A DNA stretch of 63,685 nt, counting the filler, from Octopus bimaculoides (taxonomy: Eukaryota), in NCBI RefSeq assembly GCF_001194135.2. It is 7 parts of 6 records of this genome, joined end to end, with 100 filler letters (N's around TTAATTAATTAA, not from the genome) between each part and the next. Parts side by side here need not be neighbours in the genome. Positions count along the whole stretch, not along the records: positions 61,841 to 63,685 come from NC_068987.1; 6 more parts are not named here. One strand, 5' to 3'. The notes beneath the pieces are model-generated. The model was given only the letters and a program-made list of their open reading frames with translations, did not search any database and was not told the DNA's origin. Numbering within the stretch: the first letter of the stretch is position 1; each line of letters begins with the position of its first letter. A program made the position numbers and the translations under genes. Shown here in pieces: positions 61,841 to 63,685 of this stretch.

Positions 61841-62450
61841 ATAGAAGAGGCTGGGCTTACATTTGAAATTAGTGATGTAATCTTTTTCTTTGTCCGTGAG
61901 TCCTTGACCTTGCTGGAGTATAAGGGTGGTGAGGTTTTTGAGAGTTTTTTGTTGTTTATAGTTGGTGATAGTTTCATAGAAGGAGTTATCGTTTAGTAAG
62001 GAGAGTGCTAGGTGTTTGTAAAAATCTGTGTTCATTAGGACTACAGTACTACCTTTGTCAGCTTCTTTGATAGTAAGGCTTTTGTCCTGTTGTAAGTCTC
62101 TTAGATTTTTCCATTCTATGCTATTAAAGTTTGATTTGACCTTGGTTTTAGGTGGGGTAAAAGGGAAACTCTGGATGTGGTTGCAAAAATCAGGAATAAA
62201 GCACTGGATGATTTTTGCAACCATCATGTTTTATGGGGATTGCTTACTCCTTTCAATGTCCATATCATAGTGGATAGGGATGTCACATGTCTTTTATTTT
62301 GTCCCTGGATGATGCCAGACGCTCTGTGTATCTTTCTTTGAACGGGTTACCTATCAATCTGATACATGTCTTTGTTACTCTTTGGAGTCCATGATTTTGG
62401 CCTTGTATACAAGTTCTTTTTCCAGACAGCTATTATTTAGAGGACAACAG
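61841..62450 (-). mobile_element. PLE fragment: endonuclease piece (62450-62225) followed by the RT N-terminal region
   Basis: LQQDKSLTIKEADKGSTVVLMN...CKPSLFY. 62225-62448 is the reverse-complement homolog of about 63325-63545. Confidence 0.85.
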
Positions 62451-63072
62451 TTTGGAGATCTACAGTTACAGTGTCTTTCAGAGGTATTCCTGGTGGAATA
62501 CTCCTGATGTAGCAATGGGGATCTATGATGGTGCAGAGATAGCTGATCTTGTAAGCCTCTATATCCTTGATATCCTTAGGAAGGAAATAAAAGAAGCCTG
62601 CATAGAATTACATAGGGATGGTATAAATTCAAAACGGACACAGTATAGATAGGATGAGAAAGACATTATGCAAAATATTTAGCCAACTAGGTATAAGAAC
62701 CACAGTTAGTACTAACCTCCAATTTTCTGGATATCAACATGAACCTTAGTACAAGGAAGTTTAAATCCTAGCACATACATAGACTCCAGCCACCCACAAT
62801 CAATCAAAAAACATTTAATTAATAACATTGGCAGGCACATCTCCAATTTATCTGCTGAGAAAGCCACTTTTGATAAGATCGCCCTAAACTATAATGCTGC
62901 ACTAGTAAGGTCCAGCTTTAAAAAAAGAATAAACTACATTGAACAAAAAGTAGATAGACCAAAAAGATGCAGACATAGAAAAATGCTATGGTTCAACCCA
63001 TCTTACAGCATGAATATAGCCACTAACATAGTTAGGAAATTCTTAAAATTAATAGATAAGCACTTTCTACAC

Positions 63073-63142
<70 letters not shown>

Positions 63143-63660
63143 ACAGACACACACACACACATACACAAACACACACACAATGACCATAAGATCTTCAATA
63201 GGAACACTGTTAAAGTTAGTTATAGTTGCCTCCCCAATATAGGGCCAATAATACTCAATCACAATAAAAATAACTCCACCAGGAATACCCCTAAAAGACA
63301 CTGTAACTGTAGATCTTCGAACCACTGTCCAATAAATAATAGCCTCTTGGAAAAAGACCTTGTATACAAGATCAAATTCATGGACTCCAACAAAGTAACA
63401 AAGACATACATCAGGTTGATGGGCAACTCATTCAAGTAAAAATACACACAGTATCTAGCATCATTCAAGGAAACAATAAAAGACATGCAAAACATCCCTA
63501 CCCAATATGATATGGACATTGAAAGTAAGAGAAGTAAGCAGCCTCCAGCTTCAAAAATTGTTAAGATAACTTCTTGACATGAAACCAATGGTAACCTTAA
63601 TACACAACTAAAGAATCTTGATCCACCAATGCAGTGTTGAGCACTCCTTCTCATAGTTTG
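62450..63660 (+). mobile_element. PLE RT C-terminus, linker and GIY-YIG region, decayed, with (CA)n inserted
   Basis: DVAMGIYDGAEIADLVSLY..HRDG, LWFNPSYSMNIATNIVRKFLKLIDKHF, IFNRNTVKVSYSCLPN, CNCR. Confidence 0.9.
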
Positions 63661-63685
63661 ACATTTATGTGTGTATATATATATA

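Overview
This is AT-rich, repeat-dense animal DNA. The SINE, LINE and microsatellite content suggests an octopod cephalopod, which is an inference and not proven. The window is not one locus. Six identical 100-bp spacers (N44-TTAATTAATTAA-N44, stops in all six frames) join seven pieces: 1-11714, 11815-23955, 24056-31659, 31760-41701, 41802-54119, 54220-61740 and 61841-63685. Adjacency across these spacers is probably not biological. Most listed ORFs are artefacts of microsatellites or N runs. Recognisable content is mainly decayed mobile DNA: mariner, Tc1/maT-like and pogo/Tigger transposons, several MITE families, R4/Dong-like, RTE and CR1 LINEs, Penelope-like elements (PLEs), LTR fragments and several tRNA-derived SINE families. 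The one host gene I recognise is an opioid growth factor receptor (OGFR)-family gene, seen as two phase-compatible minus-strand exons (38749-38671 and 34444-34378). I found no convincing new multi-gene system. The best leads are element-level: a hammerhead ribozyme motif in a PLE terminus plus weaker relatives; an RTE LINE ending in three C2H2 zinc fingers; another RTE with a C4HC3 PHD-like finger inside its RT; a GGATC-ended foldback family with an 8-bp TSD and internal telomere-like repeats; and REL-LINEs flanked by (TACA)n or (TAA)n. Element boundaries were read by eye and are approximate unless TSD or TIR bases are quoted.
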